A stretch of 32,855 nucleotides of DNA from Candidatus Hermodarchaeota archaeon (GTDB lineage: Archaea; Asgardarchaeota; Hermodarchaeia; Hermodarchaeales; Hermodarchaeaceae): positions 1-32,855 of the forward strand of contig JAEOTB010000077.1 in assembly GCA_016840065.1 (NCBI GenBank), given 5' to 3'. A model generated the notes under the pieces. That model ran no database searches. It was not told the DNA's origin and worked only from the letters and a program-made list of their open reading frames with translations. Within the stretch, counting starts at the first letter, position 1; every line of letters begins with the position of its first letter. Position numbers and translations under genes: made by a program. Below are positions 8,561 to 17,501 of the stretch, piece by piece.

Positions 8561-8955
8561 GACATCACCTCCTTTTGGCTTGATTAATTCGATACCAAGC
8601 TGTTCTCTTCCGAGATGATCGCTTTTCGTTAACTTCACGGTTTGAACACCAAGTCCACCTAGCTCTCGGGCGATATATAAAGCGGGCTCACAAGAAATGG
8701 TCGCAGCCTGTGGTCACAATAAGTGACTATCAATGCAAAGCCAAAGAGAGATATTTGGACAGAAAAAATGGGAAACCCGCACAGATTGCTTCGACAATTG
8801 ACGAATTTTCAATGCTCTCAAGGGTAAAATTTATATCAGAAGTCCACTGGGACAAGGAAGACAAGCACAACTTTCCCGAGATTTGTGACCTATATATCCT
8901 TTATTTCAATGAATACTAACTGAGCAGAGAGCCCGAATGAAAACAGGATGATGTA

Positions 8956-9897
8956 ATGATGAATCCTTATCTTGTGAACACCCTCATTGCTGCAGTAGTT
9001 CTGGGAATTCTTGCCCTAGTATCATACAAAGCCCGAATTGTCACTAAATCCGGAGTAGCCGCCGCTTACCTTCTTGGTATCAGTATCTGGCTACTAGCCT
9101 CGTGGACCTGGTTTCTCTTGATGCTCCTCTTCTTCCTTGTAACAGCACAGTTTACTCACTATAAATACAAGATCAAGCGTCGTCATGGAGCTGCCCAAGA
9201 AAAAGGTGGGGCCCGAGACTGGGTTCATGTCCTTGCCAATGGCGGATTGCCCCTTAGCTTTGTCATTATTTGTTTCTTATTCACGGTGATTTATAGCCCT
9301 ACCATTGCTTATGGTGTTTCAGCGACTGGAACCGGTATGGTGACTCTGCCCATAACAAGCGTCTTTTTTGCTGCATTCCTTGGAGCATTAGCGACAGCAA
9401 CAGCTGACACTCTGGCAACAGAAATTGGACTGCTAAATCCATCACCTCCCCGTCTTATTACGAAACCATGGAAGGTAGTTTCTCCTGGAACATCAGGAGG
9501 TATTTCTCTCGCTGGCGAATTCGCCACTGTTCTTGGAACGCTCCTCATCGGAGGAGCCGCTGCTTTACTCGCCGCCCCCTTCTGGATTTCTCTTATTGGT
9601 AGAAACCTGATTAGTTTAATGCAATTTGCACCATCCACTATGCTCGTTGTTACCGCGGTCGGCGGCATTATAGGATGCACTGTCGATAGCCTCTTTGGTG
9701 CAACCATTCAGGGGATGTGGCAGTGTAACATCTGCCACAAACAGACAGAGAAAAGGAAGCATTGTGGCGAGCCCGCGAAGTACTTGCGGGGAACAAGGTT
9801 CTTTGACAACCACATTGTGAATGTGGTCTCCTGCCTAATCGGAGCTATTGTTGCAGCGGCTCTCTACGTTACTCTCCTCGCCTTTGGAGTCGCGTAA
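8956..9897 (+). CDS. DUF92 (TMEM19/VTE6-like) membrane protein
   Basis: Motifs EKGGARDWVHVLANG, ATADTLATEIG, PGTSGGISLAG and DSLFGATIQ; CxxC...HC near the C-terminus. Confidence 0.9.
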   Translation: MMNPYLVNTLIAAVVLGILALVSYKARIVTKSGVAAAYLLGISIWLLASWTWFLLMLLFFLVTAQFTHYKYKIKRRHGAAQEKGGARDWVHVLANGGLPLSFVIICFLFTVIYSPTIAYGVSATGTGMVTLPITSVFFAAFLGALATATADTLATEIGLLNPSPPRLITKPWKVVSPGTSGGISLAGEFATVLGTLLIGGAAALLAAPFWISLIGRNLISLMQFAPSTMLVVTAVGGIIGCTVDSLFGATIQGMWQCNICHKQTEKRKHCGEPAKYLRGTRFFDNHIVNVVSCLIGAIVAAALYVTLLAFGVA

Positions 9898-9923
9898 TAG
9901 ACGGCGTAAAGAGCTTGTGGTGA

Positions 9924-10613
9924 CTATGCGAGGCGAATATGGTCAAAGTCCTTGAAGGATAATTTTCCGATACGGGCAGCTATCTGTATAACCTGTTTGA
10001 GTTCTTCTGTGTTCACCTTGAGCCCGAAATATCTCTTTAGACCAGAACGGATATCTTTCAGACGTAGGACTCTGCTTTTGTCTTTCTCAAAGAGTTTCAT
10101 CGAGAGGTTTCGCAAATCTTCAGTTCGATTCCAAGGAAAGATATACCAAACCCAGTCTTCTTCTTTTATTGAGAAAAAGTCGGGTTTCAATTTCGAACCT
10201 GTGAGATAGATCATTACAGCGGTTTTGACAGCTTTCGCGCCTAGCTCTTTACAGTATTTGATGGTGTTGATGGCAGATTTTCCTGTATCCACAAGGTCAT
10301 CAATTACCAAGACCCGTTTGCCTTTAACGGGGAGTTGAGCACGGAATGGGATTACGGCTTCATCAGCATGCTCAGCTGTTGTGTCCAGCCAGTGTTCGAC
10401 TTTGAGAGCGTAGAGGTCCGTGTTACCAGTGTAGTCGGAGATGAGACGACCTGGAACAAAGCCGCTACGGGCGATAGCTAGAAGAAGATCAGGCTTGAAG
10501 CGAGAACTCATAACAATATCCGATAGGGTTCTTGTCCAGTCCACGATTTCCCGCCAAGAAACGAATCGACAATTAATAGGTTTGACCACAAGATTCAGCC
10601 CCTGTAGTTTCAT
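9924..10613 (-). CDS. Type I phosphoribosyltransferase (purine PRT-like)
   Basis: PRPP-binding motif VLVIDDLVDTGKS, plus AIARSG and WYIFPW. Confidence 0.9.
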   Translation of the reverse strand: MKLQGLNLVVKPINCRFVSWREIVDWTRTLSDIVMSSRFKPDLLLAIARSGFVPGRLISDYTGNTDLYALKVEHWLDTTAEHADEAVIPFRAQLPVKGKRVLVIDDLVDTGKSAINTIKYCKELGAKAVKTAVMIYLTGSKLKPDFFSIKEEDWVWYIFPWNRTEDLRNLSMKLFEKDKSRVLRLKDIRSGLKRYFGLKVNTEELKQVIQIAARIGKLSFKDFDHIRLA

Positions 10614-10711
10614 CAGCCGAATGGACTTAGAAGTTTAAAAATATTCTAGCCATTAACCCGCTCCAGCAAAGTTTTACTAGTAATTATGCCGGTTCCTATT
10701 AGTGAAGTTTA

Positions 10712-10975
10712 ATGACAGTAACATACAGTGGAACTGGAACACAAGATGACCCCATTCAGATTTCAGGAGTGACAACGAATACCGAGGGCGTGCGGGCCGA
10801 ATACGTCTACTTGAGTGAACGTTTTGGTAAGCGGGGACAAGACTGGACTTTGGAGCGGCAGGCCCTAATCAAGTTACCATCAGGTGGGATGGGTGACTTG
10901 ATGACCATTAAACTAGCGGATGGTCAGATTGTCGAAATCTACTTTGACATCTCATCCTTCTTCGGAAAATGGTGA
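10712..10975 (+). CDS. Conserved hypothetical protein
   Basis: 87-aa ORF with natural composition, GVRAEYVYL and a terminal YFDISSFFGKW motif. Confidence 0.65.
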   Translation: MTVTYSGTGTQDDPIQISGVTTNTEGVRAEYVYLSERFGKRGQDWTLERQALIKLPSGGMGDLMTIKLADGQIVEIYFDISSFFGKW

Positions 10976-10989
10976 CCGTAAGCTACAAC

Positions 10990-11997
10990 TTATCGGCTGT
11001 AATAGTGCTGTAGAACGCGTAGTGCTCGAAGAGTTATCCATTTGGAGGGTTGGTGCTTGACTTCGATGTCATGCCACATTCTACCGTTGAAGGTATGTTT
11101 GAGTAGCCATTTACCATCAGGCTGCTGTTTTGAAATAACAAGGTTGATTGCGCCTTGCATGCGTTCATCATGGACATCTAAGCGAGCTAGTGTGTCTAAA
11201 ACCTCTAGGGCATCTGAGTTGTAGAAGAGAGGAAAACCAAATCGGGTCCAGCCCACCTTCGCCTTACGACTTCCATTGGATGTCCTCAAGTACTGATACA
11301 CTCTGTTATCTAAAATGACTTCAGTGACTTTCCTGATAGCATCCTTCAACTGGAGCGACCGTTGAGTCTCAGGAATGAGAGAGAACGCACGAAGCGCCTT
11401 GCACATACCCATGAAGCAATTTGCGGGGAAAACAGAGTCGGGGTTTATGGGAAATGCACGACATTTCCAGCCACCCTCAGTTGATGAGTGATGGTCCATT
11501 AGGAAGTCAATTAGGTGGACAACTCGTGAATCGTCGAGGTAGCCAAAGTAAATCATGTAGTATAGAATGTTAGCATCAAAACAGACCATATCGCTAGCTT
11601 TGCTAGCCCGACCACGCGCAGTCTTGGGCACTATCGTTGAGAAATGACCTGAGTCAAGCTGAAACTTGAACATGTGATTAATTCCACGTTCAATGGCTGG
11701 AGTGAGTTTCGCCCCGAGTTCAGCAAGAATTAGTAGTTGATGAGTGGTAGCTGTGTATTTTTTGATATAACTGTGACCCGGATTGCCCCAATGACCCTCA
11801 GGTTCTTGTGCGGCTAGAATGGCTTTAACGACTAGTGATTCCATTAACGCATCTTGAGCGGTCTGGACGTCAGGGTCAGTCGGGGACTTGTTGTGTAGTA
11901 ATTGTAATGCCCAGAAACGAATACTCGGATTCGCTGGGTCTAGCAACCAGTCGATGACCTCTGGTCGGAATGCCTCATCCGCCGTCATAGAATACAA
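10990..11997 (-). CDS. Prenyltransferase / terpene-cyclase-like (alpha/alpha)6-barrel protein
   Basis: QW-like repeats QEPEGHW, QLDSGHF, TEGGW and QQPDGKW; FGFPLFY and PSKWITLRALRVL. Confidence 0.65.
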   Translation of the reverse strand: MYSMTADEAFRPEVIDWLLDPANPSIRFWALQLLHNKSPTDPDVQTAQDALMESLVVKAILAAQEPEGHWGNPGHSYIKKYTATTHQLLILAELGAKLTPAIERGINHMFKFQLDSGHFSTIVPKTARGRASKASDMVCFDANILYYMIYFGYLDDSRVVHLIDFLMDHHSSTEGGWKCRAFPINPDSVFPANCFMGMCKALRAFSLIPETQRSLQLKDAIRKVTEVILDNRVYQYLRTSNGSRKAKVGWTRFGFPLFYNSDALEVLDTLARLDVHDERMQGAINLVISKQQPDGKWLLKHTFNGRMWHDIEVKHQPSKWITLRALRVLQHYYSR

Positions 11998-12210
11998 GGT
12001 GTTACGACAGCCAATTAACTCTTTTGAGTGAAGTCAATCGAGTTTATTGGTCTTAATGCTTCAGCGACCTAAGCGCTCGCTGGATTATCCCAGATTTTTC
12101 CTAGTTAGCCCTGACTGTCTCTATCAGCGCATCGAAGTCAGGAACTGGCAGTCCAGCATCTTTCAGAAGGGCGGCGCTTTCAGAAGAAGCTCACCGAAAA
12201 ACTGATGTGA

Positions 12211-13203
12211 TTACCCGAATAGCTGTTTCAGCTGGGAGGTTCGGAAGGAGCGAGCACCAACATATCGAATAGTGGCACTAGCAATCTGCACACTATATTT
12301 AGCTGCGAGAGCAATATCTCCTTCTCTATGATAGATGTGGAGGAAACCTGCGCAGAAGGAGTCGCCAGCTCCTGTGGTGTCCACTGGATTCGTTTTGATA
12401 GCCTTCTCGAAGTGATAGTCTCCCTTCCTTGTGGCAGCTATCGCACCCTTGTCTCCTAGGGTTAGGACCGCTGTTTCAGCGTATTCTAATAAGCCTTCAA
12501 TTATCTCCCTGTGCTCCTCCTTTCCTGTGAACTCTTTCCCTTCGAATTCATTAGCGAAAAGGACATATGGTGTATGTTTTTTCATCAGCTTTTGAAGGAC
12601 AGGTTTATGTTGTTGGATAATGGCAGCGGCAGCTAAATCGAAACTAATCTTGTCCGCTGCTCCAAAGATTTTCCAGAGAGCAGGCTCAGAGTTCGCAACC
12701 AAGTAGCCTTCTAGATGAGTGATGTCAGCTTTTCGAATCAAGTCCTCATCAATGGCTTCTGCAGGCAAAACTTCAGCTGCACCTAAATAAGCAAGAAATG
12801 CTCGATCCCTATCTGGAGTGATTAGCGATAAAACTTGACCAGTCTTTTTCTCTTTATCAAGTACGCTGTGGGTTTTTGCACCATCCGATTTGAGGAGATC
12901 CATGAACTTGTAACCTTTAGGGTCATCCCCGTGTTTGCCAATGAACATCACTTTTGAACCTAATTTAGCCAGGTTTGACATAACATTGGCACAGCTTCCA
13001 CCAGGGTCGGTCATGACCTTCTCGTCTGTTTCGGTTTCTATTCTATCAAGGACTGACTTGATTGTAGGATAATCAACAGCTCTGTACCCACCTTTCTCAA
13101 TGCCAATCTCGTTGAGGAGGGAGTAATCAACGTAGACTAAGTAATCCCAGAGAACTGCACCAAATCCTATGAAATCCAATAACAGACCACCTAACTGAAT
13201 CAA
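12211..13203 (-). CDS. PfkB family carbohydrate/nucleoside kinase (adenosine kinase-like)
   Basis: Motifs PGGSCANV, LFANEFE, LTLGDKGA and VDTTGAGDSFCAGF. Confidence 0.9.
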   Translation of the reverse strand: MIQLGGLLLDFIGFGAVLWDYLVYVDYSLLNEIGIEKGGYRAVDYPTIKSVLDRIETETDEKVMTDPGGSCANVMSNLAKLGSKVMFIGKHGDDPKGYKFMDLLKSDGAKTHSVLDKEKKTGQVLSLITPDRDRAFLAYLGAAEVLPAEAIDEDLIRKADITHLEGYLVANSEPALWKIFGAADKISFDLAAAAIIQQHKPVLQKLMKKHTPYVLFANEFEGKEFTGKEEHREIIEGLLEYAETAVLTLGDKGAIAATRKGDYHFEKAIKTNPVDTTGAGDSFCAGFLHIYHREGDIALAAKYSVQIASATIRYVGARSFRTSQLKQLFG

Positions 13204-13259
13204 CTAGCTTTGATAGTAGAGGAGTATTCCCTGTGGGAATTGGTTTTTGAGTTTAACGC

Positions 13260-14081
13260 TTAGAATACAGCGCCTTGGAGGGCTTTGCCGCAACCGCATT
13301 TATCTTGTTTTTCAGACATTTTGGGAATAACTTCAGCTAGGAGTGTGCGGACCTTGTCTATGTTCTCAGACATGACGCGGCCAATTTCTTCAGCACTCAC
13401 TGGACGGTCAGCATAGACATCATAATCGGTAATCATGGCTATGTTTGCAAAGCAGAGCTCTGCCTCTCGTGCAAGGTTCACCTCAGGGTGTAGCGTCATC
13501 CCAATTAGATGGAAACCCTGACTCCTGTAAAAGCGAGACTCAGCTTTTGTAGAAAACTGTGGACCTTCCATTGTAAGGTATGTCCCTTCATCATGGATTG
13601 GCAGTTTGAGGGCACGAGCTTTCTTGATAATAAACTTCCTCAAATCCGGGCAGAATGGATTAGCCAGTGAGACATGAACTACTTTGCCTCCTTCAAAGAA
13701 GGTCTTCTTTCGGGTTCGGGTCCAGTCGAAAGCTTGGTCGGTAATGACGAGTTCGCCTGGTTTGTAATCATCTTGGAGACTACCAACTGCAGCGGTGGTG
13801 ATTAATCGCTTTACACCAAGAGATTTCAGGGCCCAGATATTGGCTCGATAGTTGACAAGATGGGGAGGAGCAGTGTGATAGCGACCATGGCGGGGGATGA
13901 AAGCGATACGACGCCCTTTTAGAGTGCCAATTGTAACATTATCGGAGGGGGCACCGTAAGGTGTGAAAATCTTGTACTCTTTGACATCAGTGATATCTTC
14001 AGGGTCGTATGCTCCAGTGCCGCCGATGAGACCGACACTTACTTTCTCAGGGGGTTTGATTATAGTCATAATGAAATACAC
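13260..14081 (-). CDS. mtnP: S-methyl-5'-thioadenosine phosphorylase
   Basis: Motifs GLIGGTG, TPYGAPS, PRHG, VNYRANIWALK, MEGPQFSTKAES, GMT and ITDYD. Confidence 0.92.
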   Translation of the reverse strand: MYFIMTIIKPPEKVSVGLIGGTGAYDPEDITDVKEYKIFTPYGAPSDNVTIGTLKGRRIAFIPRHGRYHTAPPHLVNYRANIWALKSLGVKRLITTAAVGSLQDDYKPGELVITDQAFDWTRTRKKTFFEGGKVVHVSLANPFCPDLRKFIIKKARALKLPIHDEGTYLTMEGPQFSTKAESRFYRSQGFHLIGMTLHPEVNLAREAELCFANIAMITDYDVYADRPVSAEEIGRVMSENIDKVRTLLAEVIPKMSEKQDKCGCGKALQGAVF

Positions 14082-14262
14082 CTGATGGAGATGAATGAAA
14101 TCTAGAGAAGTAGGAAGTACCTTCCACTCTTAAGTTTTCTAGACAACGAACCTTCCTTTCTCTTTTTACCCCTGATTAGTGCCCAATCACTTGGTTTAAT
14201 AAGTCATCAGAACGGATTAACGCTGAATCACAACTACGTATTCTCCTAGGTGGCGGTGATTT

Positions 14263-14700
14263 GTGATGCGTGAAGAGAAATATGACCTTGAATCATTGCT
14301 GCGAGGTAGGACTCTTAGAGTCTACTATGAATTGTTATCACTTCGTGAACCGATTGGTCCGCGTCAGCTGCAGCGAAAACTCGGGTTGTCTTCCCCAAGT
14401 TTAGCAGCATATCACCTTGACAAGTTAGTGGAATTCGGATTAGTGCGGTGTGATCGCGGGGTCTACTCGGTGGAAGAGGTTGTACAGGTAGGAGTATTGA
14501 AGCAGTTCATATTCATTGGCCGCTTAGCCCTACCTCGACACTTATTCTATGCGGTATTCTTCAGCGCAACTCTGATAACCTACCTAGTGATGTATCCGCA
14601 GCCATTGACCTTTGCTAATGTTGTTGCTTGGTTACTCGGCATCATCGCGTCAGGAGTTTGTTGGTATGAAACGGTTCGTGTCTTTCGTTCTCGTCCCTGA
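14263..14700 (+). CDS. HTH transcriptional regulator with two C-terminal TM helices
   Basis: GRTLRVYYELL...GPRQLQRKLGLSSPSLAAYHLDKLVEFGLV (wHTH) followed by two hydrophobic segments. Confidence 0.8.
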   Translation: MMREEKYDLESLLRGRTLRVYYELLSLREPIGPRQLQRKLGLSSPSLAAYHLDKLVEFGLVRCDRGVYSVEEVVQVGVLKQFIFIGRLALPRHLFYAVFFSATLITYLVMYPQPLTFANVVAWLLGIIASGVCWYETVRVFRSRP

Positions 14701-14759
14701 TTAGACGCGTTCTAAACGTTAGTATAATATTCATGATTTACTTGATTAGAAGGTGAGTA

Positions 14760-15071
14760 ATGGTGACAGAAAGGTATTCACGAAGAAACAGACGCAGAAC
14801 CCTCTATCTAGTGGTAGCTATACTTCTAGGAATTTGTATCATGGCTGTACCCGCACTCCTCAACCTAATTCTTGGCCCACTATTCATTCAAGCTGGCAAC
14901 GGGGTCTACGGTGGAGAACCTTACGCTGAACCAGCTCCTGTAGATTTGACAGGCGATTTGCTTTGGTTGCTCATACCGGCTTTCATCATTGCCTCTGTTC
15001 TGTACATGCTTTTTTCACGGCGTACTCGGTGGGCAGGCTACGACGAAGCAGTGAAATGGATACGTCGCTAA
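14760..15071 (+). CDS. Small two-TM membrane protein
   Basis: 103 aa with a GGTGA RBS; two hydrophobic helices flanked by Arg-rich ends. Confidence 0.7.
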   Translation: MVTERYSRRNRRRTLYLVVAILLGICIMAVPALLNLILGPLFIQAGNGVYGGEPYAEPAPVDLTGDLLWLLIPAFIIASVLYMLFSRRTRWAGYDEAVKWIRR

Positions 15072-15163
15072 AAGCCAAAGATTAAAAATTCCCGTTAGAC
15101 GGATAACACATCCTATCTAGAATAATACCTGCCAAGTTTAGACCAAAAGATGTAGTGTGAAGA

Positions 15164-16945
15164 GTGATGCAGATGATTTCTAAGGAACTCAGGAGACGGT
15201 TTCTCAAGTTCTTCGAGAAACGGGGGCACTCGGTAATCCCATCAACCTCACTTATCCCTGAAATGGATCCAACAGTGCTTTTCACTACTGCGGGTATGCA
15301 TCCTCTGGTACCTTACTTAATGGGACAGCCCCACCCTCAGGGGCGACGGCTAGTAAATTGCCAGAAGTGTTTTCGTACGGATGACATCGAAGAGATAGGA
15401 GATACTTTCCATTTAACATTCTTTGAGATGTTGGGTAACTGGTCTTTGGGTGACTATTACAAACGAGAAATCATTGAATGGGCTATGGAATTCCTCATCG
15501 ACCCGCATGAGGGGTTAGGATTAGATAAGGAGAAGCTATCAGTCACAGTATACGAGGGCGATAACCAGATACCGCCTGACGAAGAGGCGGCAAATATCTG
15601 GGAAGAGATGGGGATACCAAGAGAACGCATTCACTTTCTTACCCGAGAAGATAATTGGTGGGGTCCTGTAGGAGATTCTGGACCTTGTGGACCAGATACA
15701 GAGATTTTTTTTGATGTGGGACTGAATTCCTGTTCGCCAGAGTGTCGCCCAGGTTGCGGATGTGGGAAATACATCGAAATATGGAATCTAGTCTTCATGG
15801 GATATAACCAAACAACTGAGCGCCTTTATCCCCCGTTGAAACAGAAGAATGTGGACACTGGTATGGGTTTAGAGAGAGCACTCCAAGTTATCAATGGTTT
15901 CCCAAGCGTATATGAAACCGACCTCCTCAGCCCAATAATGGAGAAAGTTAAGAGGATTGCCCGGATTCGAGAACCAAGCTCCGAACAGATACTAATATTG
16001 AGAATACTAGTCGACCAGGCTCGTTCTGCGATAATGGCGTTGGCCGATGACAAAGGATTGGTGCCGTCTAATGTGGAGCATGGCTATGTAATCCGTAGGC
16101 TTCTACGTGTTGCCATACGAAAAGGACTACAGTTGGGGATTAACGAGTCCTTCTTGGGTGAACTTTTACCTACAGTTCTTGCGATACTGGGTGATACTTA
16201 TCCTGAACTGCATCGAAACCAAGAACGCATTACAGCCGAAATTGCCAAGGAGGAAAAGCGGTTTCGATCAGCCTTACGTCGCGGTCTCCGTGTGTGCGAA
16301 AAAATCCTCAAAGAGAAGGGAGAATTGACTGGGAAAGATGCCTTCATGCTCTTCCAATCCCATGGGTTTCCGCTAGAGATGACTGCACAGATAGCCAAAG
16401 AGCACGGACAACAAGTAGATGCTTCTGAATTCAGAAAGGAGTTTGAAAGACACCGACAAATATCGAGAGAGGCATCTCAGGGACGCTTTCAGAGTGGGCT
16501 AGCCGACCACTCAGAGGAGGTAATCAGGCTGCACACTGCTACCCATCTACTCCATCAGGCTCTACGCCTTTTTGTGGGACAGGAAGTAATGCAGAAAGGG
16601 AGCAATATCACAAGTGAGCGTACTCGCTTGGATGTCCAGCTTGACCGGAAACTCACAGAAGAGGAGTTGCGCCAGGTGGAAGAATGGGTGAACGAGATTA
16701 TCCAGAGGAATCTTCCGATAAGAAGCGAAACAATGTCACCGGAAAAAGCGCTTGAAATAGGCGCCATTGGCCTCTTTGGTGAAAAATACGGTGACCAAAT
16801 CACGGTTTACTCCGTGGGCGATGTGTCAAGAGAAATTTGTACTGGACCCCATGTTGAACGTACTGGAGTACTCGGGACATTCCGTATTACAAAACAGAAA
16901 CGGATAGGAGCCAATACACTTCGTGTTCGTGGTGTCCTAGAGTAG
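15164..16945 (+). CDS. alaS: Alanine--tRNA ligase, short form lacking the C-Ala domain
   Basis: Motifs LFTTAGMHPL, HLTFFEMLGNWSLGDY, GPCGPDTEIF, EIWNLVFM and VDTGMGLER; editing motifs HTATHLLH and EICTGPHV. The protein ends right after the editing domain (593 aa). Confidence 0.95.
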   Translation: MMQMISKELRRRFLKFFEKRGHSVIPSTSLIPEMDPTVLFTTAGMHPLVPYLMGQPHPQGRRLVNCQKCFRTDDIEEIGDTFHLTFFEMLGNWSLGDYYKREIIEWAMEFLIDPHEGLGLDKEKLSVTVYEGDNQIPPDEEAANIWEEMGIPRERIHFLTREDNWWGPVGDSGPCGPDTEIFFDVGLNSCSPECRPGCGCGKYIEIWNLVFMGYNQTTERLYPPLKQKNVDTGMGLERALQVINGFPSVYETDLLSPIMEKVKRIARIREPSSEQILILRILVDQARSAIMALADDKGLVPSNVEHGYVIRRLLRVAIRKGLQLGINESFLGELLPTVLAILGDTYPELHRNQERITAEIAKEEKRFRSALRRGLRVCEKILKEKGELTGKDAFMLFQSHGFPLEMTAQIAKEHGQQVDASEFRKEFERHRQISREASQGRFQSGLADHSEEVIRLHTATHLLHQALRLFVGQEVMQKGSNITSERTRLDVQLDRKLTEEELRQVEEWVNEIIQRNLPIRSETMSPEKALEIGAIGLFGEKYGDQITVYSVGDVSREICTGPHVERTGVLGTFRITKQKRIGANTLRVRGVLE

Positions 16946-16947
16946 GC

Positions 16948-17442
16948 TCATTCATTCTGTATCTTAATTGGGAGCGGCATTAGATACATTTTGGAGACGT
17001 AGGTAGATCCACCACAGGCGCAGGTACCCTCCTCTTTAAAGACGAAATCACCCTTAGCCCATGTTCGTTCGCCAGTACGATTGCATTCTGAACAGAGTGT
17101 ACCTATAATTACTCCTACTTTCCTGAAAACTTGAAGGAGGTGGTTCAAACGACCTCTAATACTGCCGGCAACGACATAGACCACCATGGCTACCATTATT
17201 GTGATGAAGAATGTGCCGAGAAACGCGGTACTTATTGTTTCTGTTGTGGGGATAACTATTCCAAATATCGGAAAGGACATGTACATCCAGAGGGCAAATT
17301 CAATCATCAGTATTAGCATTAATATCGACGAAACTCTAGACGCAAACTTGTTCGTTCTTACTAAAGACTTGATTCTGCGTCCTAGCTTCCGTACGCGGTC
17401 AACTGTCCAAGATGGTCCTTCTTGCCACTTCTCATCAGACAT
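16948..17442 (-). CDS. Two-TM membrane protein with a C-terminal Zn-ribbon-like motif
   Basis: Two hydrophobic helices followed by CSEC...GDFVFK...CACG. Confidence 0.7.
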   Translation of the reverse strand: MSDEKWQEGPSWTVDRVRKLGRRIKSLVRTNKFASRVSSILMLILMIEFALWMYMSFPIFGIVIPTTETISTAFLGTFFITIMVAMVVYVVAGSIRGRLNHLLQVFRKVGVIIGTLCSECNRTGERTWAKGDFVFKEEGTCACGGSTYVSKMYLMPLPIKIQNE

Positions 17443-17501
17443 TCTAATTCTGGTGAGCGTACAAATTGGCGCTTAAAAAACTTTAGGAAATGCGCATGTA
17501 T

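Noticed and set aside
8710-8919. 69-aa plus-strand ORF
   Set aside because: GTG start, no motif, and located in an AT-rich divergent promoter region.
10990-11997. Squalene-hopene cyclase, implying hopanoid synthesis
   Set aside because: About half the length of SHC and lacks the DXDD catalytic motif; only generic QW-like repeats.
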